Shown here in pieces: positions 28,942-41,264 of a stretch of DNA of 64,000 nt; positions within the stretch are counted from its first letter, which is position 1; each line of letters starts with the position of its first letter. This DNA comes from Armatimonadota bacterium (GTDB lineage Bacteria > Armatimonadota > UBA5829 > DSUL01). A program made the position numbers and the translations under genes. The stretch is taken from NCBI GenBank assembly GCA_039811685.1, contig JBDHZC010000001.1:544001-608000 (forward strand), in the 5' to 3' direction. The notes beneath the pieces were generated by a model that worked only from the letters and a program-made list of their open reading frames with translations, did not search any database and was not told the origin of the DNA.

Positions 28942-30234
28942 TTAAGACTGGCTTACTCTGTCCCCTGCGAGCTCGCCTTTCAACCCCGCGCTGGTTAAGC
29001 CGGTTATTCTGACATCCACCAGCTCTCCTCGCAACGCCGCGTCCCCTGAAAAGAGGACTTCTACATACCGGTCAGTCAGACCGCTGAGTTCACCCGAGCC
29101 TTTCTGTTGTTCGACAATCACTTTCTGAATTGTCCCAACATACTTGAAGCGATACTGCCGCCCTGTGGAGGACGTTAGTCTGATCAGCTCTCGTGTGCGC
29201 TCACGCGCAATTTCCACCGGGACCTGACCGGGCATTTCCGCACCTGGCGTGCCTTTGCGCGGCGAATACGTAAAGCAGTGACCGCGGCTGAAAGCGACAC
29301 GCTCCATCAAGGCGCGCGTGTTTTCAAAGGCTTCTTCCGTCTCTCCAGGAAATCCCGAAATCACATCAGTGGTGATAGCGACGTCAGGCAGCAGCTCACG
29401 CGCCTGTAGAACGACTTCCTCAAACTTTGCCGAAGTATAATGCCGCTTCATCCTGCGAAGTACGTCGTCGTCCCCACTCTGAAGAGCCAGATGAAGATGC
29501 GGACAGGCGTTAGCCGTCGAAGCCATCGCCGCAAGCAGTTCTGTTCCCACTTCGCTGGGGTAAAGAGAAGTCAGCCTGACACGCAACAGGCCATCTATAT
29601 CTCCGAGCCGCTTGATAAGCTCTACCAGACCGCGCCGCAGATATTTCTCGGGACGATACCCTGTGATACGCACTCCAGTGAGCACAATTTCCTTATGTCC
29701 CTGAGCTACATAAGTCCGAGCTTCCTCCAGCGCCTCTTCCAGTGGCTTACTGGATTCGACTGGCCGCGCGTTTGGCACAATACAAAAGCTGCAGCGAAAA
29801 TAGCAGCCATCGTGAATCTTGAGCAGCGCGCGAGTTCGACGCTGCCGGCCCGCCTGCTCAATTTCCGAGATAACCGCGGCGACGCCCGGCGCCGGAATCG
29901 GCACGATACCTTCAGCTTCCAGAGCTACGGCCTGAGCAAGGTCTTCAACCAACGTAACGTCCGGGCTTGGGAGCAAATCTTCCGCGTCAGTTCTCGCCGC
30001 ACACCCGGTTGCAATAACCGTACTCTGCGGATTCAGGTGTTGTGCATGGCGCAGCGCCTGTCGGCCATCACGAACCGCCGCTTTGGTGATGGAGCAGGTG
30101 TGGACTATCTGTATGTCCGCAGGCTCACCAAACTCAACAATCTCATGACCGGCAGCGCGGGCCTGCTGCGCTGCCATTTCCGCTTCGTACTGGTTGACCT
30201 TGCACCCGAGAGTGCAAATAGAAATTCTCGCCAA
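28942..30234 (-). CDS. mtaB: tRNA methylthiotransferase MtaB (radical SAM)
   Basis: TLGCKVNQYE, C.F.CSFC, SGFPGET, TRAM domain. Confidence 0.92.
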   Translation of the reverse strand: MARISICTLGCKVNQYEAEMAAQQARAAGHEIVEFGEPADIQIVHTCSITKAAVRDGRQALRHAQHLNPQSTVIATGCAARTDAEDLLPSPDVTLVEDLAQAVALEAEGIVPIPAPGVAAVISEIEQAGRQRRTRALLKIHDGCYFRCSFCIVPNARPVESSKPLEEALEEARTYVAQGHKEIVLTGVRITGYRPEKYLRRGLVELIKRLGDIDGLLRVRLTSLYPSEVGTELLAAMASTANACPHLHLALQSGDDDVLRRMKRHYTSAKFEEVVLQARELLPDVAITTDVISGFPGETEEAFENTRALMERVAFSRGHCFTYSPRKGTPGAEMPGQVPVEIARERTRELIRLTSSTGRQYRFKYVGTIQKVIVEQQKGSGELSGLTDRYVEVLFSGDAALRGELVDVRITGLTSAGLKGELAGDRVSQS

Positions 30235-30269
30235 ATGAATTGCTCCGTGTAAGTCCTGCCGGACGATCT

Positions 30270-30830
30270 CTAGGAGTTGAAGCTGTTCATCGCCCGTTCA
30301 ATTCCCTCTTGTATGGTCATGTTCAGGCAGTCTACTGACGCTTGCTGAATGTCCGCCACAGCTCGGGCTTCGCTCTTGTGAAAACGACCGAGAACGTGAT
30401 CAATGACGTCCTTTTGGTTTGTTCCGACCCCGACGCCAATGCGCAGGCGGGCAAAATCCTGAGAGCGCAGACAGTTGATGATAGACTCAAGCCCGTGGTG
30501 GCCGCCGGAGCTTCCGCGCGCACGAAGCCGCAAACGGCCGAGTTCCAGGTTGACATCGTCACAGACTACCAGAACACTCGCCGGATCAATCTTGGCGCGC
30601 AGGCAGATCTCACGGACGGCTTCCCCGGAAGAGTTCATAAAGGTCTGCGGCTTGGCGAGAATAAAGTCCTCGCCGTAGATTTTGACATCCGCTACAAGTG
30701 AGCGACACCACCGACGCCGCACGCGAGTGCCGTGCGCTCTGGCAAATAAGTCAACCACGTCAAAGCCGATGTTATGCCGAGTGTGGGCGTACCGGAGGCC
30801 TGGATTTCCCAGACCCACAATCAGTCTCAA
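30270..30830 (-). CDS. pth: Peptidyl-tRNA hydrolase
   Basis: LIVGLGNPG..Y..TRHNIGF, KPQTFMNSSG, GGHHGL. Confidence 0.97.
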   Translation of the reverse strand: MRLIVGLGNPGLRYAHTRHNIGFDVVDLFARAHGTRVRRRWCRSLVADVKIYGEDFILAKPQTFMNSSGEAVREICLRAKIDPASVLVVCDDVNLELGRLRLRARGSSGGHHGLESIINCLRSQDFARLRIGVGVGTNQKDVIDHVLGRFHKSEARAVADIQQASVDCLNMTIQEGIERAMNSFNS

Positions 30831-31798
30831 TGCCCGCCGACCAGGGTGTACTCTTCAAACATCTCGCTGACTGAGCGGTCGTCGTGGATACGGCGAATGG
30901 CCTCCGCCAAAAGCGGCGCCACCGACAGTACTTCAATCTTGTTCCCGCGTTTGCGATCCGGCAGCGGTATGGTATCGGTCACGACGATCTTCTCAATGGG
31001 ACTGGCATGCAGGCGCTGCAATGCGTCGTCCGAGAACACAGCATGCGTACAGCAGGCGTACACTTCTCGCGCTCCCAGATCACAGATCGCCTGAGCCCCG
31101 GACGTGATAGAACCGGCGGTGTCGATTATGTCGTCGATCATGATGCAGATTCTGTCCTGCACATCGCCGATAATCTCTTTTACCTCTGTCTTGTTTGGCT
31201 CCGGGCGGCGCTTGGCGATGATCACAATCGGAGCGCCAAGAAGTTCCGCAAGCGCGCGAGCACGGGCGACCCCGCCAACGTCCGGTGAAACAACTGTTAT
31301 CGCGTCACTGTCACGCACCCGAGTTTTCACCCACTCCGCAATCAGAGGACCAGCCATAAGGTGATCGACAGGAAGGTCAAAGAAACCCTGGATCTGCCCC
31401 GCGTGCAGATCCACAGTGAGAATTCGGGACGCCCCCGCGAGCGTGATCATATCCGCAATCAGGCGCGCGGTCACAGGCTCGCGCGGTTTGATCTTCTTAT
31501 CCTGACGGGCATAGCCGTAGTAGGGGATCACGACTGTCACACGCCGGGCAGAGGCGCGATGGAAGGCATCCAGCATTATCAGCAACTCCATGATGGAGTC
31601 GTTAATCGGGTGGCAGGTGGGCTGAACGATAAAGCAGTCCATCCCACGCACGCTCTCTTCGACTTTGATAAGGATCTCTCCGTCAGCAAAGTGTGTGGCA
31701 ACCATGTTGCCCATTGTCACACCAAGCTGCCGCGCAATCTCCTGAGCAAGTACAGGATTCGCATTTCCGGTGAAGATTTTCAGCGTCGATAAATCCAT
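30827..31798 (-). CDS. prs: Ribose-phosphate pyrophosphokinase
   Basis: YARQDKK, DLHAGQIQGFF, VSPDVGG, DDIIDTAGS. Confidence 0.98.
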   Translation of the reverse strand: MDLSTLKIFTGNANPVLAQEIARQLGVTMGNMVATHFADGEILIKVEESVRGMDCFIVQPTCHPINDSIMELLIMLDAFHRASARRVTVVIPYYGYARQDKKIKPREPVTARLIADMITLAGASRILTVDLHAGQIQGFFDLPVDHLMAGPLIAEWVKTRVRDSDAITVVSPDVGGVARARALAELLGAPIVIIAKRRPEPNKTEVKEIIGDVQDRICIMIDDIIDTAGSITSGAQAICDLGAREVYACCTHAVFSDDALQRLHASPIEKIVVTDTIPLPDRKRGNKIEVLSVAPLLAEAIRRIHDDRSVSEMFEEYTLVGGH

Positions 31799-31806
31799 AA
31801 TGTCCC

Positions 31807-33189
31807 CTACTGAGTCTCTCTACGGCGCTTCGCCCACCCCTCCTTGATGATGAGCTGCGGCCGGGAGATACCCAGTGCGTCTGGAGGAATATCCTTCGTT
31901 ATGACTGACCCGGAGCCCGTCAAAGCTCCATCGCCGACTTCCACCGGAGCATTCAAAATCGTATTGCTGCCGATGAACGCATTCGCTCCAATAGTAGTCC
32001 GGTGCTTTCTTTTGCCATCGTAGTTACAGGTGATCGTTCCAGCCCCGATATTCGTGCGCTGTCCAACATCCGCATCTCCAAGATAGCTGAGATGCGACGC
32101 TGACACTTCGTCGGCTACCCGGCTGTTCTTGACCTCCACGAAATTTCCTATCTTGACTGCCCTGCCAATCTCAGAACCCGGCCTGATTCTTGCAAAGGGC
32201 CCTATCCTGCTGTGTGCGGCTACGGTAGAATCCTCGATAACCGCATTTTCTATTGTAACACCCTGCCCAATCGCGCTGTTCGATATTCGCGCGTTTGGCC
32301 CGATAGAGCAACTTCCGGCAATTGTGGTGCTTCCCTGAAGAATTGTATTCGGGTACACGACAGTGTCCGGCTCGATTGTGACACCGACATCCGCATAGAC
32401 AGACGCAGGGTCAATCATGGTGACTCCACCCAGCATGAGGTCATTCAGAATGCGCCGCCGCATGACGGCTGTGGCTTCTGCGAGCTCGACTCGTGTGTTA
32501 ATCCCAAGCGCCTCAGTCGAGTCCGGCGCAACATACGCATTGACTTTCTTACCCGACGCTGAAAATATCCCAATGACGTCTGTAAGATAGTACTCCTGCT
32601 GACGGTTGTCAGAGCGCAACTGATGCAGAGCAGGCATCAGATCGCGAACCCGAAAAGCGTAGATACTCGTGCAGATCTCTTTGATTGCCAGAACTTCCGG
32701 GGCAGCATCCTTCGCCTCGACAATAGCAGTCACATGTGAGCTTGCAGGGTCCCTGAGAATGCGCCCGTACATTGCTGCGTCATCCAGCAATGCGCTGAGG
32801 AGAGTTGCAGCGGAATCTGAAGCAATGCAGTCGTCCAGCATCGCTCGAATAGTGCCCGGCAGAATGAGCGGTGTGTCCGCCGGGAATACGGCCACGTAAT
32901 CGACATTCGCAAGCGCCTGCTCAGCGCAGCGCGCAGCGTGTCCCGTGCCAAGCTGCTCGCTTTGGACAATGTGTTCTACGTCGTCTCCGAGAGCGGCTTT
33001 CACGGCTTCAGCCTGGTGCCCCACGATGGCAGCGATGCGCTCAATCCCGGCAGATCGGCAGGCTTCGACAACGTGCCGCCCAACAGGTCTTCCGCACATG
33101 GGATGCGCGGCTTTGGGAAGAGCGCTCTTCATTCGGGTGCTCCTTCCTGCCGCCATTATCAGAGCCGCCTGCCTGACTTGAGTGGCCAA
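31807..33189 (-). CDS. glmU: Bifunctional GlmU
   Basis: MAAGRSTRMKS, QLGTGHA, EYYLTD, hexapeptide repeats, GAGTITCNYDG. Confidence 0.98.
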   Translation of the reverse strand: MATQVRQAALIMAAGRSTRMKSALPKAAHPMCGRPVGRHVVEACRSAGIERIAAIVGHQAEAVKAALGDDVEHIVQSEQLGTGHAARCAEQALANVDYVAVFPADTPLILPGTIRAMLDDCIASDSAATLLSALLDDAAMYGRILRDPASSHVTAIVEAKDAAPEVLAIKEICTSIYAFRVRDLMPALHQLRSDNRQQEYYLTDVIGIFSASGKKVNAYVAPDSTEALGINTRVELAEATAVMRRRILNDLMLGGVTMIDPASVYADVGVTIEPDTVVYPNTILQGSTTIAGSCSIGPNARISNSAIGQGVTIENAVIEDSTVAAHSRIGPFARIRPGSEIGRAVKIGNFVEVKNSRVADEVSASHLSYLGDADVGQRTNIGAGTITCNYDGKRKHRTTIGANAFIGSNTILNAPVEVGDGALTGSGSVITKDIPPDALGISRPQLIIKEGWAKRRRETQ

Positions 33190-33264
33190 TCAGTACCTCG
33201 TTCGCTGTTTTCGACCCGCCCTGGGCACGCGCTTGGGCCTAAGGAGAGATGAGTTTCAAGAGTT

Positions 33265-33335
33265 CTCCCGGGCAAGGATTCGAACCTCGATAAGCAGAAC
33301 CAAAATCTGCTGTCCTGCCATTAGACGACCCGGGA
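33265..33335 (-). tRNA. tRNA-Gln (TTG), CCA not encoded
   Basis: TCCCGGG...GCAGA-TT-TTG-GT-TCTGC...GGTTCGAATCC...CCCGGGA-G; conserved position upstream of glmU/prs. Confidence 0.96.
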
Positions 33336-33572
33336 ACGCGAGGCATGATAGTAACGCCGCTGAAAAAGTGTCAACATGAAAACTGTCCCGTGTGAAGGAT
33401 GTCTGTTCGAGGCCAGCCGTCTATTGCGCCAAATGCAAGCCATGTCTGGCCAGACAATCCATCGGACGCTGGCCTGTCCGTCACTTGCGTGGCAGGATAG
33501 GCGGCTCAGACGGTAGAAAGGAGATACTGTGAACGACACTTTGACAGCATTTCGTGTGGACTACTGCCTGCC

Positions 33573-35051
33573 ATGAAGCCAGTTACCCTCAACCGCGATG
33601 AGTACTACGACCGCGTCTACGCATGCTGGCTGGGAAAGACAATCGGAGGCACACTGGGCGCGCCTTTTGAGGGGAAGAAAGAAGTCCTGAGTCTGGACTA
33701 CTACGACCCTATCCCGGATGGCTCTATTCCCAACGACGACCTGGATCTGCAACTTGTCTGGCTGAAGATGTTGCAGGACCGCGGAGTGAAACCCCACCTT
33801 TCAGACTTTGCCGAGTACTGGATGAAGCATCTGAGCGCCTATCCATGGGAAGAGTATGGATACTGCGGGCGCAACCTGGAGCGCGGGCTGCGCCCGCCGA
33901 TTTCCGGATGTTTTGAAAACGATTTTATCGACCAGATGGGCTCACCCATCCGCAGCGAACTGTGGGCGTGTATTGCGCCTGGAAACCCGCAGCTTGCGGC
34001 GGAAATGGCCTGGAAAGACGCGGTCCTGGATCATGCGGGCGGAGAAGGAGTTTACGGAGAGATGTTCCTGGCGGCGCTGGAAAGCGCCGCGTTCGTCGAG
34101 AAGAACCCTTTCACTCTGATAGACATTGCCCTCCAGATGATTCCGTCGTGGAGCGCTATCGCGAGGGCGGTAAGGATGGCGGTCTGGGCGAGAGAACACG
34201 ATCTGTCGTGGGAGTCTGCGCGCGAACAAATTTTGCGCCGGTTTGGCCACCCCCACCCGTGCAACGCTCCCCAAAATCTCGGATTCATTGTCATAGGCTG
34301 GCTGTGGGGCGCAGACTTTGGCGACAGGCTGTGCAAGGCAGTGAACTGCGGCTACGATACGGACTGCACCGGGGCGACGCTGGGTGCGATTCTGGGGATT
34401 GTCGGTGGCGCCTCAGACATTCCGGATCGATGGAGCCAACCCGTGGGAGACAAGATCGTTTTGCATGCGTTCACACGAAACCTGGACGCCCCCAAGACAC
34501 TTGGAGACCTGACGGATCAGACTGTCGCGCTGGCGACACTGGTAATGGCCGAGCGAAGCAAGACGGTGGACTTTGGTGAAAAGACGCATGTCGCCGGGAA
34601 CCGCCTGGCAGGCTTGCGACGCAGCGATCGGGCAAGGCGCATTTTGGAGCGCGACTACGAAGCCGCCACTTTACCAGCGTCCAAGGACGTGGAAGTCACT
34701 CTGCACTACTTCGGTCAGCCGGTAATTCGGCCTCGACTTCCGAAGCTGGTGGGAATATCCGTTGAGCAGGCGGAAACTCCAATATCGTCCAAGATTGAGC
34801 TGGTAACGCCGCTGGGCTGGAAAGTGAGTCTGGAAGGAAGTCAGGGACTGCAGGCACTATTCAACATTACAGCGGACGAGGTCCAGGATTCCAACCAGGT
34901 CAGAGTGCGCTTCCAGACAGATTCGCAATCCGGGCAGGCGGATTTCGTTTTTCTGGGGCCCGGACAATCGCAGGAGTGGTCGCCCGGAGAGGGGGTGCCA
35001 ATGTGCGAGACGTGCCATGCCAGGGTTGAAAGTTGCCTTTGCCGAAAATGA
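33573..35051 (+). CDS. ADP-ribosylglycohydrolase family protein with C-terminal extension
   Basis: GKTIGGTLGAPFE, NDDLD, IRSELW...PG, GYDTDCTGATLG. Confidence 0.9.
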   Translation: MKPVTLNRDEYYDRVYACWLGKTIGGTLGAPFEGKKEVLSLDYYDPIPDGSIPNDDLDLQLVWLKMLQDRGVKPHLSDFAEYWMKHLSAYPWEEYGYCGRNLERGLRPPISGCFENDFIDQMGSPIRSELWACIAPGNPQLAAEMAWKDAVLDHAGGEGVYGEMFLAALESAAFVEKNPFTLIDIALQMIPSWSAIARAVRMAVWAREHDLSWESAREQILRRFGHPHPCNAPQNLGFIVIGWLWGADFGDRLCKAVNCGYDTDCTGATLGAILGIVGGASDIPDRWSQPVGDKIVLHAFTRNLDAPKTLGDLTDQTVALATLVMAERSKTVDFGEKTHVAGNRLAGLRRSDRARRILERDYEAATLPASKDVEVTLHYFGQPVIRPRLPKLVGISVEQAETPISSKIELVTPLGWKVSLEGSQGLQALFNITADEVQDSNQVRVRFQTDSQSGQADFVFLGPGQSQEWSPGEGVPMCETCHARVESCLCRK

Positions 35052-35650
35052 ACGAAATCGAGCGCTTCAGGCGGCGCGAAGGGCTTGCTGTCGTAGTGTC
35101 CGGGCCTTCTGGAGTAGGCAAAGACACTCTGCTTGACAGGTTTCTGGCAGATTTCGCGGGCGTAACGCGCCTCATCACGTGCACGACGCGGCCGAAGCGT
35201 GAGACAGAGACAGACGGCATTGACTACTTCTTTGTCACTCAGAAGGAATTCGACAGGATGAGGGAGTCTCAGATGCTGCTCGAGTCCGCCGAAGTCTACG
35301 GGTATTCCTATGGCTCGCCAAAGCAGTACGTGGATGAAAGACGCAGCGAGGGGCTTGATGTTATACTCAAGCTCGACGTGCAGGGCGGGCTGTCTGTCAA
35401 ACGCGCGCTTCCTGAGGCTGTTATGGTTTTCGTGGCGCCTCCTTCGCTGGAAGAGCTTGAGAGACGGCTGCGCAAGCGGCGCACAGAGTCAGACGACTCA
35501 CTGGCACGGCGTCTGGGCAATGCACGCGCAGAGCTCGACTTGATCTCGCGCTACGACTATCTCATCATCCACCATTCCCCAGAGCAGGCCAGTGCCGAGC
35601 TCGGGGCCATTATAACCGCAGAAAGAGTGAGGGTAATCAATGGCGGATAA
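35048..35650 (+). CDS. gmk: Guanylate kinase
   Basis: SGPSGVGKDT, TTRPKR.E.DGIDYFF, PPSLEELERRL. Confidence 0.97.
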   Translation: MNEIERFRRREGLAVVVSGPSGVGKDTLLDRFLADFAGVTRLITCTTRPKRETETDGIDYFFVTQKEFDRMRESQMLLESAEVYGYSYGSPKQYVDERRSEGLDVILKLDVQGGLSVKRALPEAVMVFVAPPSLEELERRLRKRRTESDDSLARRLGNARAELDLISRYDYLIIHHSPEQASAELGAIITAERVRVINGG

Positions 35651-36860
35651 AGCGTACTCGGGCAAGCGTATTGTTCTGGGCGTGTCCGGGAGTATCGCCG
35701 CGTACAAAGCGGCGGATATCGCCAGCGCGCTGACACAGGGCGGGGCGATTGTGCAGGTAGTGATGACCGATAGCGCAACGCAGTTTATTACTCCGGTTAC
35801 GATGCGCGCTTTGACCGGACGCACTCCGCTTGTGGGAGTTTTTGACGAGACCACCGAGGGCGAGGTGACCCACGTCTCAGTCGCTGAGAATGCGGACCTG
35901 CTGTTGGTTGCTCCAGCCACCGCTAACATCATCGCAAAGATGGCTCACGGACTGGCTGACGACATGTTGTCCACCCTTTACCTGGCGGCAAAATGCCCGG
36001 TTGTCATTGCTCCAGCAATGAACACCAACATGTGGACCAACGCCGCTGTGGTCACAAATGTTGACCGCCTCAAGACACTTGGCCACCGCTTTGTCGATCC
36101 CGCCGAAGGCTATCTGGCGTGCGGGACCATTGGGCAGGGCAAACTGGCGACTGTAGACGAGATACTCTCGGTGGTAGAGAGTGTGTTTGAAGGCGACAAG
36201 GTGACCGACCTGGCTGGTCTGCGCTTTCTGATTACAGCCGGACCCACCAGAGAGCCAATCGACCCGGTTCGCTACCTTTCCAACTACTCTACAGGCCTGA
36301 TGGGCTTTTCAATTGCTGAGGCGGCGAAGGAGCGCGGGGCGCACGTCTCACTGGTAACCGGTCCGTCCGAAGTTGCCATCCCCCACGTGGATGACCTGGT
36401 CCGGGTGGAGACCGCCGAAGAGATGCTGGAGGCAATCCGAGCGCGCTTCCGGCAGACGGACGTCGTGATCATGGCGGCTGCGGTAAGCGATTTCCGCGCT
36501 CCGAAATCCGAGCAAAAGCTCAAGAAGAGCGCCGGACGATCCAGGACTCTGGAACTACACGAGACAACGGACATTCTGGCAGAGATTGGCAAGAACAAAG
36601 ACCGGCAGGTACTTGTCGGATTTGCGCTGGAGAGTGAAGATCTCATCGAAAACGCGCGCCAGAAGCTGCAGGCTAAAAATCTGGACATGGTGGTAGCGAA
36701 CAGCGTGGACGAGGAAAACCGTCCATTTGGCGAAGGCCCGTCGCGAGTGCGCTTTCTGCTCGAAAACGGCTCGGAACTGCCGCTGCCGTTGATGAGCAAG
36801 CCTGAAATTGCCAATCACCTTCTGAGCTACATCAAAGAGAATTTGCTCACGCAAGAGTGA
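35640..36860 (+). CDS. coaBC: Phosphopantothenoylcysteine decarboxylase/ligase CoaBC
   Basis: GSIAAYKA, APAMNTNM, TAGPTREPIDPVRY, VGFALE. Confidence 0.98.
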   Translation: MADKAYSGKRIVLGVSGSIAAYKAADIASALTQGGAIVQVVMTDSATQFITPVTMRALTGRTPLVGVFDETTEGEVTHVSVAENADLLLVAPATANIIAKMAHGLADDMLSTLYLAAKCPVVIAPAMNTNMWTNAAVVTNVDRLKTLGHRFVDPAEGYLACGTIGQGKLATVDEILSVVESVFEGDKVTDLAGLRFLITAGPTREPIDPVRYLSNYSTGLMGFSIAEAAKERGAHVSLVTGPSEVAIPHVDDLVRVETAEEMLEAIRARFRQTDVVIMAAAVSDFRAPKSEQKLKKSAGRSRTLELHETTDILAEIGKNKDRQVLVGFALESEDLIENARQKLQAKNLDMVVANSVDEENRPFGEGPSRVRFLLENGSELPLPLMSKPEIANHLLSYIKENLLTQE

Positions 36861-37103
36861 CATGCCAAGCAGCGTGGACAAGCATCCCGCTGAGAAAAAA
36901 AACAGAGCCAGCATAACGGCGCAGCAGTAATTGAACATCTTCCTGTGGCGGACACGGTCCGGCTTCAGTAAGATATTTGCAAAGTGTCTATCGAGGGCGG
37001 CCAAAAAGAGTTGAGTAACACGCCGCTCTACAATCCGGAATGCGCCAGCCTTCCACTCTAGAATGGCCACAGAAGAGAGCGCCCGAGGGCGCAGGAGGAC
37101 GAA

Positions 37104-38259
<1,156 letters not shown>

Positions 38260-38267
<8 letters not shown>

Positions 38268-40692
38268 GTGCGACTCACCGCTTCCTGACACATTCGCCCG
38301 TGTAGCCATTCTTACAGAGAAAGGCGCGCTGGCGGAAACTTACACGTACGCACTACAGCGACCACACAACGATGCTCCCATCGGAGCCTGTGTGGTCGTT
38401 CCTTTTCAGACACGGGTACTTCTCGGCTACGTGGTGGAGACCATGGAGTCCTCTGATGTCGCCCAAACCAGAGCCGTTATCGGACGATATTCCCCGGGAG
38501 ACGTTCCTGTAGAGAGGGTCGAGCTGGCTCGCTGGATGGCACAGCGCTGGTACACAACACTCGCGGTGTGCCTGAGAATGATGACGCCTCCAGCCATGCG
38601 CGGGCGCATTGTCCGGAGGGTGCGCACGGTTGAAGGCTCCTCTGCTCACCTCCCGCCGAAGATTGCACAGATTCTTGAGTTCATTCACGCTGAACAACCC
38701 GTATCCCACGCAAGACTCTACAGGCGCTTCGGAAAAGAGCCAGCTCGCAGGGCATTGTCTATCCTGCGCAAGGCTAACCTGATAGAAGAAGACATTGAAG
38801 TCTCCTCCGGAGGCGCTGCCGCACAGACTGAAAAAGCCTACAGCGCTGCGGACGACCTGACAGTCGCGCAGTGGCTGGAGACCCACGGTAGGCGGCGGTT
38901 TGCGCAGGCTGCTCTTCTGCGCCGTATTGCTGACTGTGAAGGGCCCGTTCTGGTGACGGAACTGGGCAATACGACATCCAATATTTCGGCGCTGCTCAGG
39001 CAACTGACTTCATCAGGGGTGGTGACAGTTGAGCAGCGGCCGGTCCGGCGGCGGGCACGCGAGATGTCCGCACCTCGCAAGTTGCTGGAGTTGACACAGG
39101 ATCAGGGACGGGCGCTGGATCAGATTGAGGCTGCTCTGCGCTCCGAGGAATTCCGCGAGATTCTGCTGTTTGGTGTTACGGCAAGCGGCAAGACTGAAGT
39201 GTATCTGCGCGCAATTCAACGCGTATTGGAGGAAGGCCGATCCGCGCTGGTGCTGATGCCTGAAATCGCCCTGACTGTGCACGCGATCTCGCAGTTTCGC
39301 GCTTGGTTTGGGGATGAGCTTGCGGTACTGCACAGCAGACTCTCCGTTGGAGAACGGGCAGATGAGTGGCGGCGCATCCAGGCAGGAGAGGCCCGTGTTG
39401 TGCTTGGACCGCGCTCAGCAGTTTTTGCGCCACTCGTAGAACCGAGAATTATCATCATTGATGAAGAACATGAGGGAGCGTTCAAGCAGGACAGCGATCC
39501 CCGCTATCATGCCCGAGAACTCTGTCGCCACATCGCCACCAGACTCAAAATCCCCTTAATTCTCGGAAGCGCCACACCTTCACTGGAAACCTTCTATCGC
39601 GCGCAAAACGGCAGCGCTGAATTGTGTGAGATGGCCAGCCGTATTGACAGCCGCCCAATGCCCGAAGTCCAAGTCGTGGACATGCGCGAGTTTGCCAGAG
39701 AAGGACATCTCACAATTCTCAGTGATCCACTGCGCCAGGCTCTCAGCCAGGCCGTCAGCGACCACGGACAGACCATTCTTTTCCTGAACAGGCGCGCTTA
39801 CGGGACTTTCGTCATGTGCCGCGAGTGCGGCTACGTCGCCAGCTGCCCCAACTGCGCCGTCAGCACCAAGTACCATCGCATTGACCGATCTATCCGCTGT
39901 CACCACTGCGACTTCAAAGCGCCTGCTCCATCTATCTGTCCTTCCTGTCAAAGCGTCAAAATCGCAAGCTTCGGGGTTGGGACTCAGCGTGTGGAGGAAG
40001 AACTGGCACTTGTGAACCCTAAGCTTCGCGTTATGCGTATGGACCGCGACACCACATCTGGGAAAGATGCTGTTGTGAACCTGCTGGAGCGCTTTCGCGC
40101 ACATGAGGCAGATGTTCTGGTCGGCACACAGATGGTTGCAAAGGGACTCGATTTCCCTGGTGTCCTGCTGGTTGGAGTGATAAACGCAGACAGCGGACTG
40201 CACATGCCGGACTACAGGGCTGCTGAACGAGGCTTCCAACTCCTAACGCAGGTGGCGGGGCGCGCGGGGCGCGGCGAACGCGCGGGAAAGGTTGTTTTGC
40301 AGACATTTCAACCGGGTCACTATGCGATCACAGCTGCTGTTCACCACGACTTCCGCTCGTTCTATGATCACGAATTACTCTTTCGCCAGGAGCTGGGCTG
40401 GCCGCCCTTTGGAGCCGTGGCCCGGTTGCTCATCCGCGACAATACCCAACCCGCCTGCCAGCGCGCTGCTCGAGAAATCGCTCATATTCTTGGACAGGTC
40501 AACACGCCTGGAAAGGTGGAGATTTTAGGGCCGTCTCCTGCTCCTATAGAGCGCATCTACGGGAAGTTCCGATTCAATATTCTGCTGCGCGCTCCCGAAA
40601 GAGAGGATATATTGAATTTATTGGACAGATCAGAAGCCAGAAACTGGAAGTCCGAAGTCGCTATTGACATTGATGCGTTAAATATGATGTAG
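38260..40692 (+). CDS. priA: Primosomal protein N' (start uncertain, probably non-canonical)
   Basis: [15 protein letters not shown], CxxC clusters, QVAGRAGR; conserved N-terminus extends upstream of GTG 38392. Confidence 0.95.
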
Positions 40693-40773
40693 CCGGCCTG
40701 CACACAGGCAGGGTGACAATGGCTGGACACGAATCCAGCAAGTTGCTGTCAGTCCAACTCTAGCTCAAGACGA

Positions 40774-41256
40774 ATGATTAAGCTTTCCGAAATACTCATC
40801 TACGGAGATCCGCGGCTGCGGCAGAAGGCCAATGAAGCAACGGATCCCGGAGCGCACGCGCAACTTATCGAAAGAATGCGACGCGTGATGGAAGACGCTA
40901 ACGGCATCGGCCTGGCCTCAACGCAGCTTGGCGAAATGATCCGGGTGATTGTCTGGAAGACGGACACTCATTCTGGAGCGCTTGTCAATCCGGAGCTCAC
41001 GCTGGGAGAGGAGCAGGAGATTCTGCAGGAAGGGTGCCTCAGCGTTCCGGGAATGGCAGCAGACGTAAAGAGAGCGACGAGGGTGGAGGCATGTGGCTAT
41101 GACGAGACGGGCCGGCGTGTGAAGTTCAAAGCTCACGGCCTTATCGCGCGAGTCCTGCAGCACGAAGTTGACCACCTGGACGGGGTGCTCTTCCTCGACA
41201 GGTGTGAGCCGGGAACTCTGCGCCCCACCCCTGCGACCCAGACGCCTGGCATCTAG
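40774..41256 (+). CDS. def: Peptide deformylase
   Basis: GIGLASTQ, EGCLS, QHEVDHLDG. Confidence 0.97.
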   Translation: MIKLSEILIYGDPRLRQKANEATDPGAHAQLIERMRRVMEDANGIGLASTQLGEMIRVIVWKTDTHSGALVNPELTLGEEQEILQEGCLSVPGMAADVKRATRVEACGYDETGRRVKFKAHGLIARVLQHEVDHLDGVLFLDRCEPGTLRPTPATQTPGI

Positions 41257-41264
41257 AGGTTTTT

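Noticed and set aside
36861..37103. Possible SAM riboswitch upstream of metK
   Set aside because: Only short hairpins (GAGGGCGGC/GCCGCTCT; GCGCCC-GA-GGGCGC next to the SD); SAM-I and SMK-box core motifs are absent
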